Part shown: positions 44,780 through 55,800 of the stretch, piece after piece
Layout of the letters: the number at the start of each line of letters is the position of its first letter
Position numbering within the stretch: position 1 is the stretch's first letter
From: Epithemia pelagica
Lineage: Eukaryota > Protista > Bacillariophyta
Reading direction: 5' to 3'
Assembly (NCBI GenBank): GCA_946965045.2
Contig: OX337231.1
Coordinates: 2,852,001 to 2,916,000, forward strand
Length of the DNA stretch: 64,000 nt
Made by a program: the position numbers and the translations under genes
Notes under the pieces: generated by a model
What the model was told of the DNA's origin: nothing
What the model saw: the letters and a program-made list of their open reading frames with translations, nothing else
Databases searched by the model: none

Positions 44780-46929
44780 ATGGCTGAGGACAACCCCGAA
44801 ATATCGGTTGATTTTCTCAAGCAAAACTATCCCAACATAAAGGACTTAATCAACGATGAGGACCTCGAAGAAATTGTTGGGGGGCTTCAACATGAAATGA
44901 TTGAGACAAAGCGCGCCCTCGAATTTGTGTCCAGGGAAACTTTGTTGGCATTGAACGTCTCTGTCCTTTTTCTTGATATAGTTAAACCATCAAGAGGTAA
45001 GCCGTTGTGTTGTAGGTCGGAGATTTATTGTTGAATTTATTCAAGTCGTCCTTGGCTAACGATTGTTTGTCTCGATGCTCATTGTCTGGTGCGGCACTCA
45101 CATTGACGCCAGCTGCTGACAACGAACGAAGAAGGGCAACCATGACGACCGCTTGGGATCGTATCGAAGAGGAATATCGTAACTACCTCGAGGCTTGCGG
45201 GTACAGTCCTGAGGAATTAAATAACCCTTCTTTTGACCGGACAAAGGCTTTCAACAATTTCGACGAATTCAAGCAGCAGCAACAACACACACAATCCACG
45301 ACGCCACAAGTTTGGCGGCACGATGGGCAGCTCCGCATTCTTCCTCCATCCACTGGGAAGGAACCCAAACACGAGTTGGCTCCAAAGGCTTCTCCTTCTT
45401 CTGACGAAGGTATGGAAGAAGGGCTGAGTTTCGTCGCAGCTTCCCCGAGCATGCGAGTGTCAAGCAATAGTGTTTCGATCGACTTGGTTGAAGACCTGCA
45501 AAAAATCACGACGCTTGAAGACGTCGACAAGAGATTCAGCACGGCAGCAGATTACGTCTTCAAGAACTGGCACCGTGAAAGGAACAACCGGGGGAAAAGA
45601 GGCGTATACAAGAACGAGCGGTGGCTCACCGGAATTGTGTGCAACGCACTAAATCTGGCTCTGCAAGCCGATGGAGGCCTTGTCGCCCTTCACCAGGGGT
45701 GCATTGGAGGTGGATCAACCCACTCTGATATCTCTGTATCAGCTATTGGACGAGAACAGTCCCCTCCTCTTCTTGTTTGTGAGGGTAAACAGGATTCTGA
45801 AAACACAATCCGGGAAAATGTGCAAGGTCAGCTCTTCAATGCACTTGTTCGACATCGCCGGATTTTTTTTCGAGGATCTTCGAAGCAAACTGACTTCCGG
45901 CCTGTCCTTTTGATGGCCCTGAATACTGCCTATGTATCTGTCGATGTCGTGTTTCCTTCCACAAAGGATGGTCACCTACGAGCGAATGACTGGATCGCAC
46001 TCCCAGAATCAAATGTCACAAGCGGTGATGTGGTGTTTTTTACTATTCAAATAGCGTTTATCAACATTGACAACGAAGGGAATGGTCCGGCAAAATTGGC
46101 AAAACTCTTTTGTTTCCTCGAAGGTGCTCTGAAGAAGCTTCGGGATATGAAGGAATTCGCTCGCGATCAATGGAAAACACCGTGGAGTCGGGCGAACAGC
46201 AATGCTCCTATTAGTGTGAAGCGTGCTTGGAAGCGGGGAGACAACGTCACCATTGTGGATGAAAAACGGGTGTACAAAGAGTTCTGCTATTATCTTCGAC
46301 AGGGAGATGGCTTCAATACCATCCGCAGTGTAGTCCAGCCAATTGATCAGCGCCGTGTGCCACCCAAGGACATCCTGGAAGTCCTTGGCAAACCTTACAG
46401 TGATTGGGTTTGCCAAACGTACGCTGGCGGGTGGTTCAAGGTGCTCGAATATGACTTGATTTGCGGCCACGAACACCCTTCGACAAAGGCTGCTTGGATA
46501 TCGCTTTTGAGGCGCATCTCGACGCTGCACAATCATGGCTACGTGCACGGTGACATTCTTCCTCGGAACCTGATATTTTTAGGAAGCGAGGGATACATGA
46601 TTGATTTTGACCTGATGCGGGAAGAAGGTGAACCGTATGTGCTTGGCTACAATCACTCAGACTTCGTCAAGTATCGGCACCCCGATGCGAAGGCTCAAGG
46701 AGAAATGAAGAAAACACATGATGTCCATGCCTTGGCCATGGTTGGCATCGAGTACTTTGATACGGATGCTAATGACCTGTCCTCTCAATACGCCGAAAGA
46801 TCGATCACATCGATTGAAGACCTCATGAAATTCTTTGGGTCTTTTGTCGGTGAACCAATTGAAGCTGGGACGCCGGCAGTCCATGCAGAGACTAAGCGCA
46901 TCCTTCCAGGCTTCGGCCCAGACCCATGA
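44780..46929 (+). CDS. Crinkler-like PD-(D/E)xK endonuclease + protein-kinase-like fusion (~677 aa), 2 exons
   Basis: Exon 1 44780-44996, phase-matched intron 44997-45112; REase-like E..HSD(45727)..CEGK(45781)..GQL; kinase-like VYKEF, HGDILPRN (46546), IDFD (46603). Confidence 0.7.
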
Positions 46930-47167
46930 CGACTCAATGTTGACGCACATGGCGCCGTACTCCTTGCTTTTGTCTTGTCCTCGGTCGCTTCGGTGGAATT
47001 GACGTTTCGACGAGCGTTGTCACGGACAAGCAGATTGATGTGGCAAAGTTAAGGGCAATTACCAGGCTGGGGTTCATGGAGAGTATGGAACCTTGGATAT
47101 GACCAGTTAGACAGATTGAATTCTCCATAATCCATTAAAATGGATCACTACCAAAAATACCATTTCG
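46926..47167 (+). pseudogene. Direct repeat copy 2: internally deleted duplicate of the flavin reductase-like 3' end
   Basis: 46926-46965 matches 43539-43578 and is fused directly to 46966-47167, which matches 43884-44087. Confidence 0.85.
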
Positions 47168-47418
47168 GACAAGGATCCAAAGCTTCCCACTTGAATGAAG
47201 CTCATATTGCCTCTAATGAAAACCCATGGCATATGGCATGCCGTGATATAGTGCTACCCACTTTTTCTTTTCTGTGAGAACGGGATCAAAGATATTTTAT
47301 GTATTTTATGCGACCTCCGTCTTCAGTCGCTCATTGAGTCGTGGACCCATTACCCATTCTCACTTTGAACGCCTAACTACGCCGTGCAACTGTTGTAGAC
47401 CAAAATCGAAAAGGGACA

Positions 47419-48378
47419 ATGGCGGAAACTGTCTCAAAGAACGCGGGTAGAAAGGAAGACGATTCATTCGTCATCGTAGTAGCTCGGCATGGAGAGCGTC
47501 ACGACTACAACGAACGAGATGCTGGTAGGAATTGGGTAAAATCAGCCGAAAGACCATGGGACCCACCCTTGTCCGACCATGGTTTGGAACAAGGGTACGC
47601 ACTTGGCAAACATTTGGTCAAAGAACTGGAATCTCTTGGTCTGCCTCCCATTGTTGGTGTTTACACAAGCCCGCTTTTAAGATGCCGTCAAACGGCAGCT
47701 CAAGCTCGAAAAGGTATTCTTCATGAAACGAAAACCGACAATGGCACGTCAAAGCCAGGTCGAGTGTGTGTTGAAATGGGTCTGGTAGAAAGCATAAACG
47801 AAAGTTGGTTTCGATCATGGGCAGGTGATAACTCAGATGGAACATGGGGCTTCAAGGAAGCTTTTACGTCGTCCAGCGAAGACTCATACCACCCTAAATC
47901 CCTACGGCCAGCTCAAGAAATCTTGAACGATTGGTGCTCGAACTGGAAACCAGCCAATGGTAACGAGGACGCCGAAGTCCAAACTCAGTTTGATTTGGAT
48001 TACGCGTCATTAACAGCCATTGATGAGCCCTATAGACTTTCTCCGCGACAACTCGAGTCTGCAGAAAAACAGCGTGAACGAATGCGACAAGCAGTCAATC
48101 AGGTCTTGGGACAAAGACATTCACAACAAGATCAAGGCACAGTTTTATTTTTATCTCATGGTGCGCCAGTGACGCATCTCTTTGCAAGCTTGACGGGTCG
48201 ACCTGGACCGGAACATGGCAGTAGTTCATACTGTTGCTACAGCATCTACAAAATCAATCGCGATACTCTTCTTGCCTCCTTGAAGGAAGGTGAAAATACC
48301 ACGGTTCTCTGGGACGCCGTGCAGGTTAACCAAGCCAAATACTTGCATGAGACAATTGTATCGGAAGTTCATATCTAA
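47419..48378 (+). CDS. Histidine phosphatase superfamily (phosphoglycerate mutase-like)
   Basis: VARHGER, DPPLSDHG, YTSPLLRCRQTA, LSHGAP. Confidence 0.85.
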   Translation: MAETVSKNAGRKEDDSFVIVVARHGERHDYNERDAGRNWVKSAERPWDPPLSDHGLEQGYALGKHLVKELESLGLPPIVGVYTSPLLRCRQTAAQARKGILHETKTDNGTSKPGRVCVEMGLVESINESWFRSWAGDNSDGTWGFKEAFTSSSEDSYHPKSLRPAQEILNDWCSNWKPANGNEDAEVQTQFDLDYASLTAIDEPYRLSPRQLESAEKQRERMRQAVNQVLGQRHSQQDQGTVLFLSHGAPVTHLFASLTGRPGPEHGSSSYCCYSIYKINRDTLLASLKEGENTTVLWDAVQVNQAKYLHETIVSEVHI

Positions 48379-48465
48379 CTCCCATGAACTAAGCCTTTAC
48401 TGTTCTGACGCTTGGTAGGACCTTGATCTTTGTAAAAAATCATACATAATCCACGTTCATGCGGC

Positions 48466-51400
48466 TCAAGCGGCTCCCTTAACATCCTTAAGCGACAACT
48501 TGATACGAAGTTTTTTCTTCTTTCCAATAGGAACCTCCACATCGCTGAAACCATTCTTTTTTAGCACTCGTTCCAGTTCCTTCTCCAAAGCCTGTGCGTC
48601 CTCCACCACCCAAGAACCTTCGCCGTTGAATTTGACAGCATTTGTAAACATGAGCTTCCAGTCGGACTTGAACTCCTGAAGGTCTGCATATAGTTTCGCT
48701 CGGCACTTCCTTAAAATATCGTTGATCGCAATTGGTTTCTCGATAATTTCATAGTAGTCGGGGAAAGTTGCCGGGTCTGGTTTCTCAAGAAAAATATCAG
48801 AGAGCTTGCGCTTAGTACCTGGCTCCTTCAAATCAACCACAGACTTCGAGCAACTAATCAATTTTCGGAAAGTCCAGTCCGTTAGTCCTGTTGTCGTTGC
48901 AGGAGCTTCAACTTCCTCATCCTCTACCTGAGCCTCACCGTGGGCTTTGGCTGCAGACGAAATCTTGGTTTTCGCTCTTTTCTTGGGTCTCTTCCCTTGT
49001 TCTTCTTCGTCCGCTTTCTTTTCCATGATACGCAAAAACTGTTTTTCGGTCAGTCCATCATCGTACGTGACTGCTTTCCGCTTTCTCGAAGCATTGCCCA
49101 TATCCTGAACAACAAAATTCCCAGTCGCTGAGCCGGCTGGAGTTGGATGTAAAATCCAGTCAGGTACGTCCTTCGGGTTTTCAAACAGATCGCATTTCGG
49201 ATGACTTCTGTGCTCGCCCTCCTCGTCATATGCTGCGTAGATCTGGTAGTCCATCTCATTGTTGCTAAGGAGTTCATTGAGGTCCTCTTTTCCCCCGCTT
49301 TCGCTACCTTCCTCTTCATCATCGCCCTCGTCAGAGCCCGCCTTTTCTGCTGGGGCTTTTGGCTGGGCACCATCGAAATCGGTCAGGAGAACTTCCATCA
49401 TTTTCTTCCTTTCAAGGCTATTGTCGCTTTCAACACTTTCTTTGTTGAACTTCCCAGATTCAACCACGAGTTCTGACACATTCAATTTCTCTGTTGCTCG
49501 ACTCAAAATCTTCTCCTCAACGGGAGAGTTAGTTATCAATCGGAACACGGAGACATTCGTCGAACGCTGACCAATCCGATGCGCCCGATCTTGCGCCTGC
49601 AGATCCATCATGGGATTCCAATCCGAATCGAATATAATGACAGTATCTGCTGCAGTCTGTTACACGAGAGCATTATGTAAGTTGACGATTCAAAACCAGC
49701 ACCATCTATTCCAACAAGGTCGGCTTACCAAGTTGAGTCCCAAACCTAAGACAAGCAATGCATCGAAGATAGCAATTGTAAGAAGAAGTTCATCAATTGT
49801 GACGTCATTTTGCTTCAGGCGTTTCAAACGTACCTCCTGCACGAGTACTCAGTAAAAAGATGAAATAGGGCGAATCAGGTGAATTGAACTTGTACATGCG
49901 CTTTTCACGTTCTTCTGCCGGTGTGGATCCGTCAAGACGAAGGGATAAGAATCCTCGCAAGGCAAAGTAGTCTTCCAAAATGGTCATCACTGCCGTCATT
50001 TGTGTGAAGAGAAGCACACGGTGACCTGCCAACTTAAACTTGGGGAGCATCTGGTCAAGAAGAGCCATTTTCCCAGAAGATCGCACAATTGTGTCATTGA
50101 TGTGATATCCTTCAGGGGAGAAGAGGTATGGGTGGTTGCATACTTTTCGAAGTTGCATGACAACATTGTTCAAGCCACGAGCTGGTGCCTGGTCCGACAA
50201 GATGGAAGAATCGCTCACTGCTTTCTTGCTAATTTGCTTGTAGAGTTCTTTTTGCCAAGAGGAAAGATCGCATCGTAGAACCTTTTCGACCTTTTCTGGT
50301 AATTGGTCCAGAACCTCGCTCTTGACACGACGCAACATAAAAGGGCGCAAAAGTTCGTGCAACCGATGAATAATGAGAATCCGCTCTTCGTTCGACAACA
50401 GGTCCTCCCCACCTTCTTCACTCTTCGACTCTCCGAATTGTGCGAACGGCCGACTAAACCATTGATCAAACGTCTCTACAGAATTGAAAATAGTTGGCTA
50501 CAGAGGGTCGACAGGTAAGAAAGACATTTTTTCCAAACTGACAAGGATCCCTCTCATGTGACAACTTACCAACAAAAAGTTCAAAAGACTCCACAATTCA
50601 CTAAGGTCGTTCATCAGTGGCGTCCCCGTCAACAGGATGCGATGCCTCGTATTGTACTGTGAACCAAGTGTCACGGCAAATTTCGATTCAGCATTCTTCA
50701 TGCGATGTCCTTCATCCACAATGGCGTATTGCCACTCGGTCTTGCGCAAATACTTTTTGTCTCGGATAATGTACTCGTAGGTGGTGAGCAACACATTGAA
50801 CTGCCCACTTCGAACATGTTCCTTGTAAATCTCCTTGCGCTGGACCGGAAGACCCTTGTAACACACAACACGAGCTGCCGGACACCATTTCGTAAATTCG
50901 TTCTGCCAATTAGAGAGCGTTGAAAGAGGAACAATCACCAAAAAAGGACCCAGATTTTGTTTGAATTCCATGAGATAGGCAACGAGTGATATCGCTTGAA
51001 TGGTTTTCCCCTGATAAAAATAGAAATATGAGGAAAAGACAACATATTTTGTACCAATTTCAGGATCTTATAATTCACTCACCAGCCCCATTTCATCTGC
51101 AAGGATGCCATTCAAGTTATTGTTGTAGAGTGACACCAGCCATTGCAAACCCATCAATTGGTACTCCTTGAGGTCACCCCCCACGAGAATTGTGGGCTGA
51201 CGCACTTCTTCTGTTTTCATATGTGCCGTGGCATAATACGACGACCCACCATTGGAGGAAGACGTTTCTTCCGTCGAAGATCGCTTTTGCAACAGAGAGG
51301 AAATTTGAGTAAAATGTTTCTCCGTCTTTTCCAAGAGAAATTTCAAACGATCATTTCGAGTTTCCTCCAGGAGCTTGGAATAGGCTGTCATATCGTTAGC

Positions 51401-53488
51401 ACGCAAGGCAGCCAACCGTGCCTTTTCCGCTTGAACCGCATCCTTCTCCTTCCTCTTTTCCTCCTTATCAAAGGAATCTCGAATCGATTTGCACACGCGG
51501 GCTAAATCCGCTTTGCGATTCCGATGAAATTTCGTAAATTCACTTTGATGGTTGACAATTTGCTTGTGTAAATCCTTGAGTTGTTTGTTCAGGCCTTCGG
51601 CAATGGTCTGACGAGCCTTTCGGGCAAACCGGTCCAAGGCACGAGCAAATTTCTTGGGTTCCACCTTGATCCGTTTGAATCGTTCCGGGTCCAGCAACTG
51701 AGCCGTACCACCCTTGCCTTGTGGTCCGGTAGTACCGAGTTTTTGCGCCTCCAAAAGTTGTCGTTGAAGCTCTCGCGCTTCGGTCCAGGGATCTCGAGGT
51801 CGCTTCCTCCCAACAGACATGGACGATCCATCCGTGTTGCTGCTGCGTAAAATGGCACCTACACTACCAGGGAGGGCCAAAAATCGCTCTTTCTGGACCA
51901 TAAAGACTCCACTTTGAACCCGTTTCCAATGCAACTTCTCGTCTGGCTTGTGTTTATTTTCCGCCACCGCTCGAGAAGAGCTGGTTGGCTGCGAATGCTG
52001 TTGTGAGGGTACCAAACCACTGGATGGTGTGGACTTGATATTTGACACACTGGCCTTCACGGTACTGGAACTAGACTTGGTTGCTTGGGAGGGAGCAGTC
52101 TTAACTACAGACGACAAGAGAGTAGGAGGAGGAGCTCTGGATTGGGGTGCCGAGGACACAGAGTGCGGAGTTCGCGCTTGCGATAGTGAAGAGCTCACAG
52201 GAGCTCTATGGGATAACCTTTGAGGATCCATGCTGCTGCCCGCACTGTTTTCATGATGCTGTTGCCGTTGGACCGACGGTGTGGCCGCTGCTACGTGAGA
52301 AGACGATAGATTCGTCTTCGACGATGAAGACTTGAGGGATGCCGGTCCCAGCGGTGGAGGCTTGAGGCCTTTACGTTTCATGGCTTCTCGTTCTCGGGCA
52401 ACCCGAGCCGCATTGAGAATGGCATGGCGCGGCAACCCCGTTCGAAGGGCTTCCGCCATGAGCGGTGCCGATACTTCGCCTTCGGGATGCCGAATGGCCG
52501 ACCAAATAGCCTTGGCAAGAGCTTGCTTGGCTTCCGCCGTCAACGTTACTTTGGACTTGGAGGTACTACCTCCCGTTCGAACAATTGTGGGCTGTTTACT
52601 AGTTGCCACGGCGTGTCCTGGTATGCTTGGTGGATGAGATGTTCCAGTGCTGTTGTTCGTTGGCATTGTGGTAGTGGTTTGTCGCGGTGGTTGAGCCGGT
52701 GCATGAGTTGCTACAGGTGGTGCAGCCGGAAGAGACGAGGTGGATGGCATGGGTGGTCCTCTCATTGGTTGTGGTGGTTGTTGTTGTTGTTGGAGATGAT
52801 GATGATGAGGGTGAGGATGGTGCGGATGAGGATGATGGGCATTGGGAGCAACCGAAGCATAATGAGACGAATGAGGAGGAGGAGCAACACTTGCCGATTG
52901 TGGTGGTTGTGGATGACGAGAAGGTTGTTGTTGTTGACCCATGGTGGTGCCGTGATTAGACATGAGTGGATTCGGTACAGCCACTCCCCAGGCAGAGGAG
53001 GATGGAGCACCTTCCGCATTGGCAACAGGCGGACGAGCGTGAGACGAAGAAGGTGGAAATGACGTGGGGGCATGTCCATGTGGTTGCGATTGTTGTGGTT
53101 GTTCTGAAGCGTAATTTCTATGCGCCGTGGTCGGTGGAACTGTTTGCTGCGATGCCAAGGAATTGAAACTCTGTTGCAGTGCTGCCTGATTCATACTCGC
53201 ATGATTGGCATACTGTTGTTGTTGTTGTTGTTGCTGCTGCTGCTGCTGTGCCACTGCCGATGTCATTTGATTGGCATTCCATCTGGGCTGGGAATGTGGT
53301 TGCTGCTGCGGCTGTTGCTGCTGTGGCGGCACCATGCCGGACGGTAAGGCACCCGGAATGAGAGCAGAAGAGGACGAATTCGTGTAGCCATGGTTGGTGG
53401 TCGGCAAGCGGCTATTCCCATTGGAATGAGATGAACTCGTTGATTGTGCTTGAGAATTCGGTGGAGGATTGGATGGAGAGTTGTTCAT
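48466..53488 (-). CDS. SNF2: SWI/SNF chromatin-remodelling ATPase (SNF2/BRM/STH1-like), multi-exon
   Basis: PolyQ/P N-terminus; HSA-like RLAALRAND; [58 protein letters not shown]; C-terminal bromodomain ([15 protein letters not shown]). Confidence 0.93.
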
Positions 53489-53944
53489 GCTTTTCTCGAC
53501 GAGAGGTGGAGGAGGTAGGGCGAACAACGGCTGTGACAGCACACAGCGGTCGGTGATTGGAACGGAACACGCAGGGTGTTTTGCAAGGTAAGAAAAGGGG
53601 GTTTCAACACTCAGACAAACGAACAACGCAAGCAGACATACATCCGACAATCATTAACCAATGAAAAGTTGCAAGACATCATAGGAAATCAAACTTTCTA
53701 GCGATGACAGGTTTTTTTGAGCTTTACAACATAGTGGGTCATTAGGAACCCCACTTCAGGTAAGGAGTACAGATGATTTTGGTCGTTAAAAGGTCGCGCA
53801 ACGAACGAAGTGGGCAAGTGCGTACATTTCCGCTTTCTGCATTCTGCATGCCAAGAAAACCCAATACACTACTCCTATCTCTTTTGTATTCTAGCGTGGC
53901 TATTGCATTGTCCTAACCTACTCACGGGCTGTTGGCACAACCAA

Positions 53945-54525
53945 ATGAAAAAGCATACGTCCTTCATCTTATTTCTGCTCGTCGCCTCTGTTTCCACCGC
54001 CATGTTTTCCTCTGTCGTTCGCGCCTTTTCAGCTGTTCCGGCACGAAGCACTGGATCGATCCAGAGGACAGCTGCTGTTGTTGTCACAACAACGAGGCCC
54101 ACAACGGCGCTCTTTTTCTCCACCGAGACGCCGGATACGACCATTGTGGATATCTGCAAACAAAAGATTCAAGAGGCTCTGGAGGCCGATGATGTGAAAG
54201 TGACGGGTGCGTATACACCAATTTTGATGCAGAGTCGCTAGCATTATATTTTGCCATTCTACGGATATTGGATGGATCTAGAAGGATTGGCTCACGGATT
54301 TTGTTTCTCTTTTCGCTTCCCTCGGCATGTACACACACAGGTGCCTATGACGACCCCAATGGATCTCACATTTCCATTGAAGTTGTTTCCAGTCAATTTG
54401 AAGGAAAGCGTGCAGTCCAAAGACAACAGCTGGTGTACAAAGCAATTTGGCAAGAGTTGCAAGGACCCGTTCATGCGGTAGATGCAATGGTTTGTAAGAC
54501 ACCCACAGAAGTAACTCCCTCATAA
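53945..54525 (+). CDS. bolA: Organelle-targeted BolA-like protein, 2 exons
   Basis: Intron 54207-54340; [30 protein letters not shown]...VHAV. Confidence 0.88.
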
Positions 54526-54647
54526 GCCGTTTTTCAGTAGTACTGTCTTTGAGGAAAGAACGAGCAACACTGTATACACGAACCGTCTCGACAACCAAAC
54601 GATGGAGGAGAGCAGTGAACGTTCAATCAATCACACACCCGTGTATT

Positions 54648-55583
54648 TTACGACTGGTTCCTTTGATCGAGCAGCGTCTTGCCACTTTTATCTCTGACAT
54701 GAGAAATGTATTTGAGCGGAAGAATCCCCTCGTCGCCAACGCCTGCGGTCAACAAGACGCCATTGTCGGAACGATGGAACCGAATCCCGTCGGCTGCGCA
54801 TTGGGTACCATTTAGATAAATGTACACTTGACTTGATTTCCGCATGCCGGAAATAACGCCATTGTCGCCGGGCAAACCCGCCGCGCAATGAATATGGGTT
54901 CGACCCATGCGTGACAAGCCACCCGATGTTTGAATTTGCTTCCACGCATCGTAGTAGGTTCCGTGTACAATCACTGGTAAGGACGCCAGTTCATCGGGAG
55001 GAATCAGAGTCAAGAGAAAATCAGGATTAATTCCCTCAAACGAGTGCCCTTGGTTCGCACGAATGCACCATATGAATCCATTCTCCTCGAGTGTTTTGGC
55101 TCCCTCATACGTCATGGCGGCGGAACTCAAGGACGAGTCTTTGGAAGCTCTTTCATCATCTCCTTTCACCAAGTTCTCCAATTCCTCAGGAAGCACTGTC
55201 GGAGCGGCTTGTTCGGGAGTGAGTTCAATGGTGGACCATGGATTTCTTGAATGGTCCATTGTGGCATACAGATTGGCGGGTCTCAGTTCCAGTCGAAACC
55301 GTTGCTTATCACTTGTCTGTACCACTGGTTGAAGTTGATCCAAGGATGTAATCTTTTTCAGCTTGGGGTGGGTATGTTCAATCAAGTCTTGAACGGGACA
55401 ATATCCATCGGAAGCAATGCGCAGTCTCAGGTCCAGCGCTCCATGGCGCAAGGCCCAGGTCAACGTGTGAGAGACGGACTTCATGCTTGATCCTCCACCA
55501 CTCCTGCCTCTGTTGTCGTTGTTGGGATACTGGTTCCTCTTTCGTTTGGTATTGGAATGGAGCCCATTGGGAGTGGCCGACAT
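54648..55583 (-). CDS. TPT1: tRNA 2'-phosphotransferase (Tpt1/KptA)
   Basis: LTWALRHGA, DKQRF, IRANQGHS, VHGTY, GLSRMGRTHIH, SGMR, SDNGVLLT. Confidence 0.92.
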   Translation of the reverse strand: MSATPNGLHSNTKRKRNQYPNNDNRGRSGGGSSMKSVSHTLTWALRHGALDLRLRIASDGYCPVQDLIEHTHPKLKKITSLDQLQPVVQTSDKQRFRLELRPANLYATMDHSRNPWSTIELTPEQAAPTVLPEELENLVKGDDERASKDSSLSSAAMTYEGAKTLEENGFIWCIRANQGHSFEGINPDFLLTLIPPDELASLPVIVHGTYYDAWKQIQTSGGLSRMGRTHIHCAAGLPGDNGVISGMRKSSQVYIYLNGTQCAADGIRFHRSDNGVLLTAGVGDEGILPLKYISHVRDKSGKTLLDQRNQS

Positions 55584-55800
55584 GGCGATCGCTGCGTTGT
55601 GAGATGACAATGGGGAAAATGGGAGCAGAACACACGACGTCCAGACGTGCATGGTGCATGCGTCGAAACTCGGCGGGTGAAAAAATCGGATGGGTCGCGA
55701 ATAAGGCGCGCAGCGTATCGCGATTCTCGATACGAGATACACGAGATGTCCTCAACAAGGTCAATGCCATGCTCGTCTTCTTCGGGCTTGGACTGTTAGA

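Noticed and set aside
52740-53350. CAG/CAA, CAT and CCA tracts as functional DNA repeats
   Set aside because: They encode the polyQ/H/P low-complexity N-terminus of the SNF2 ATPase
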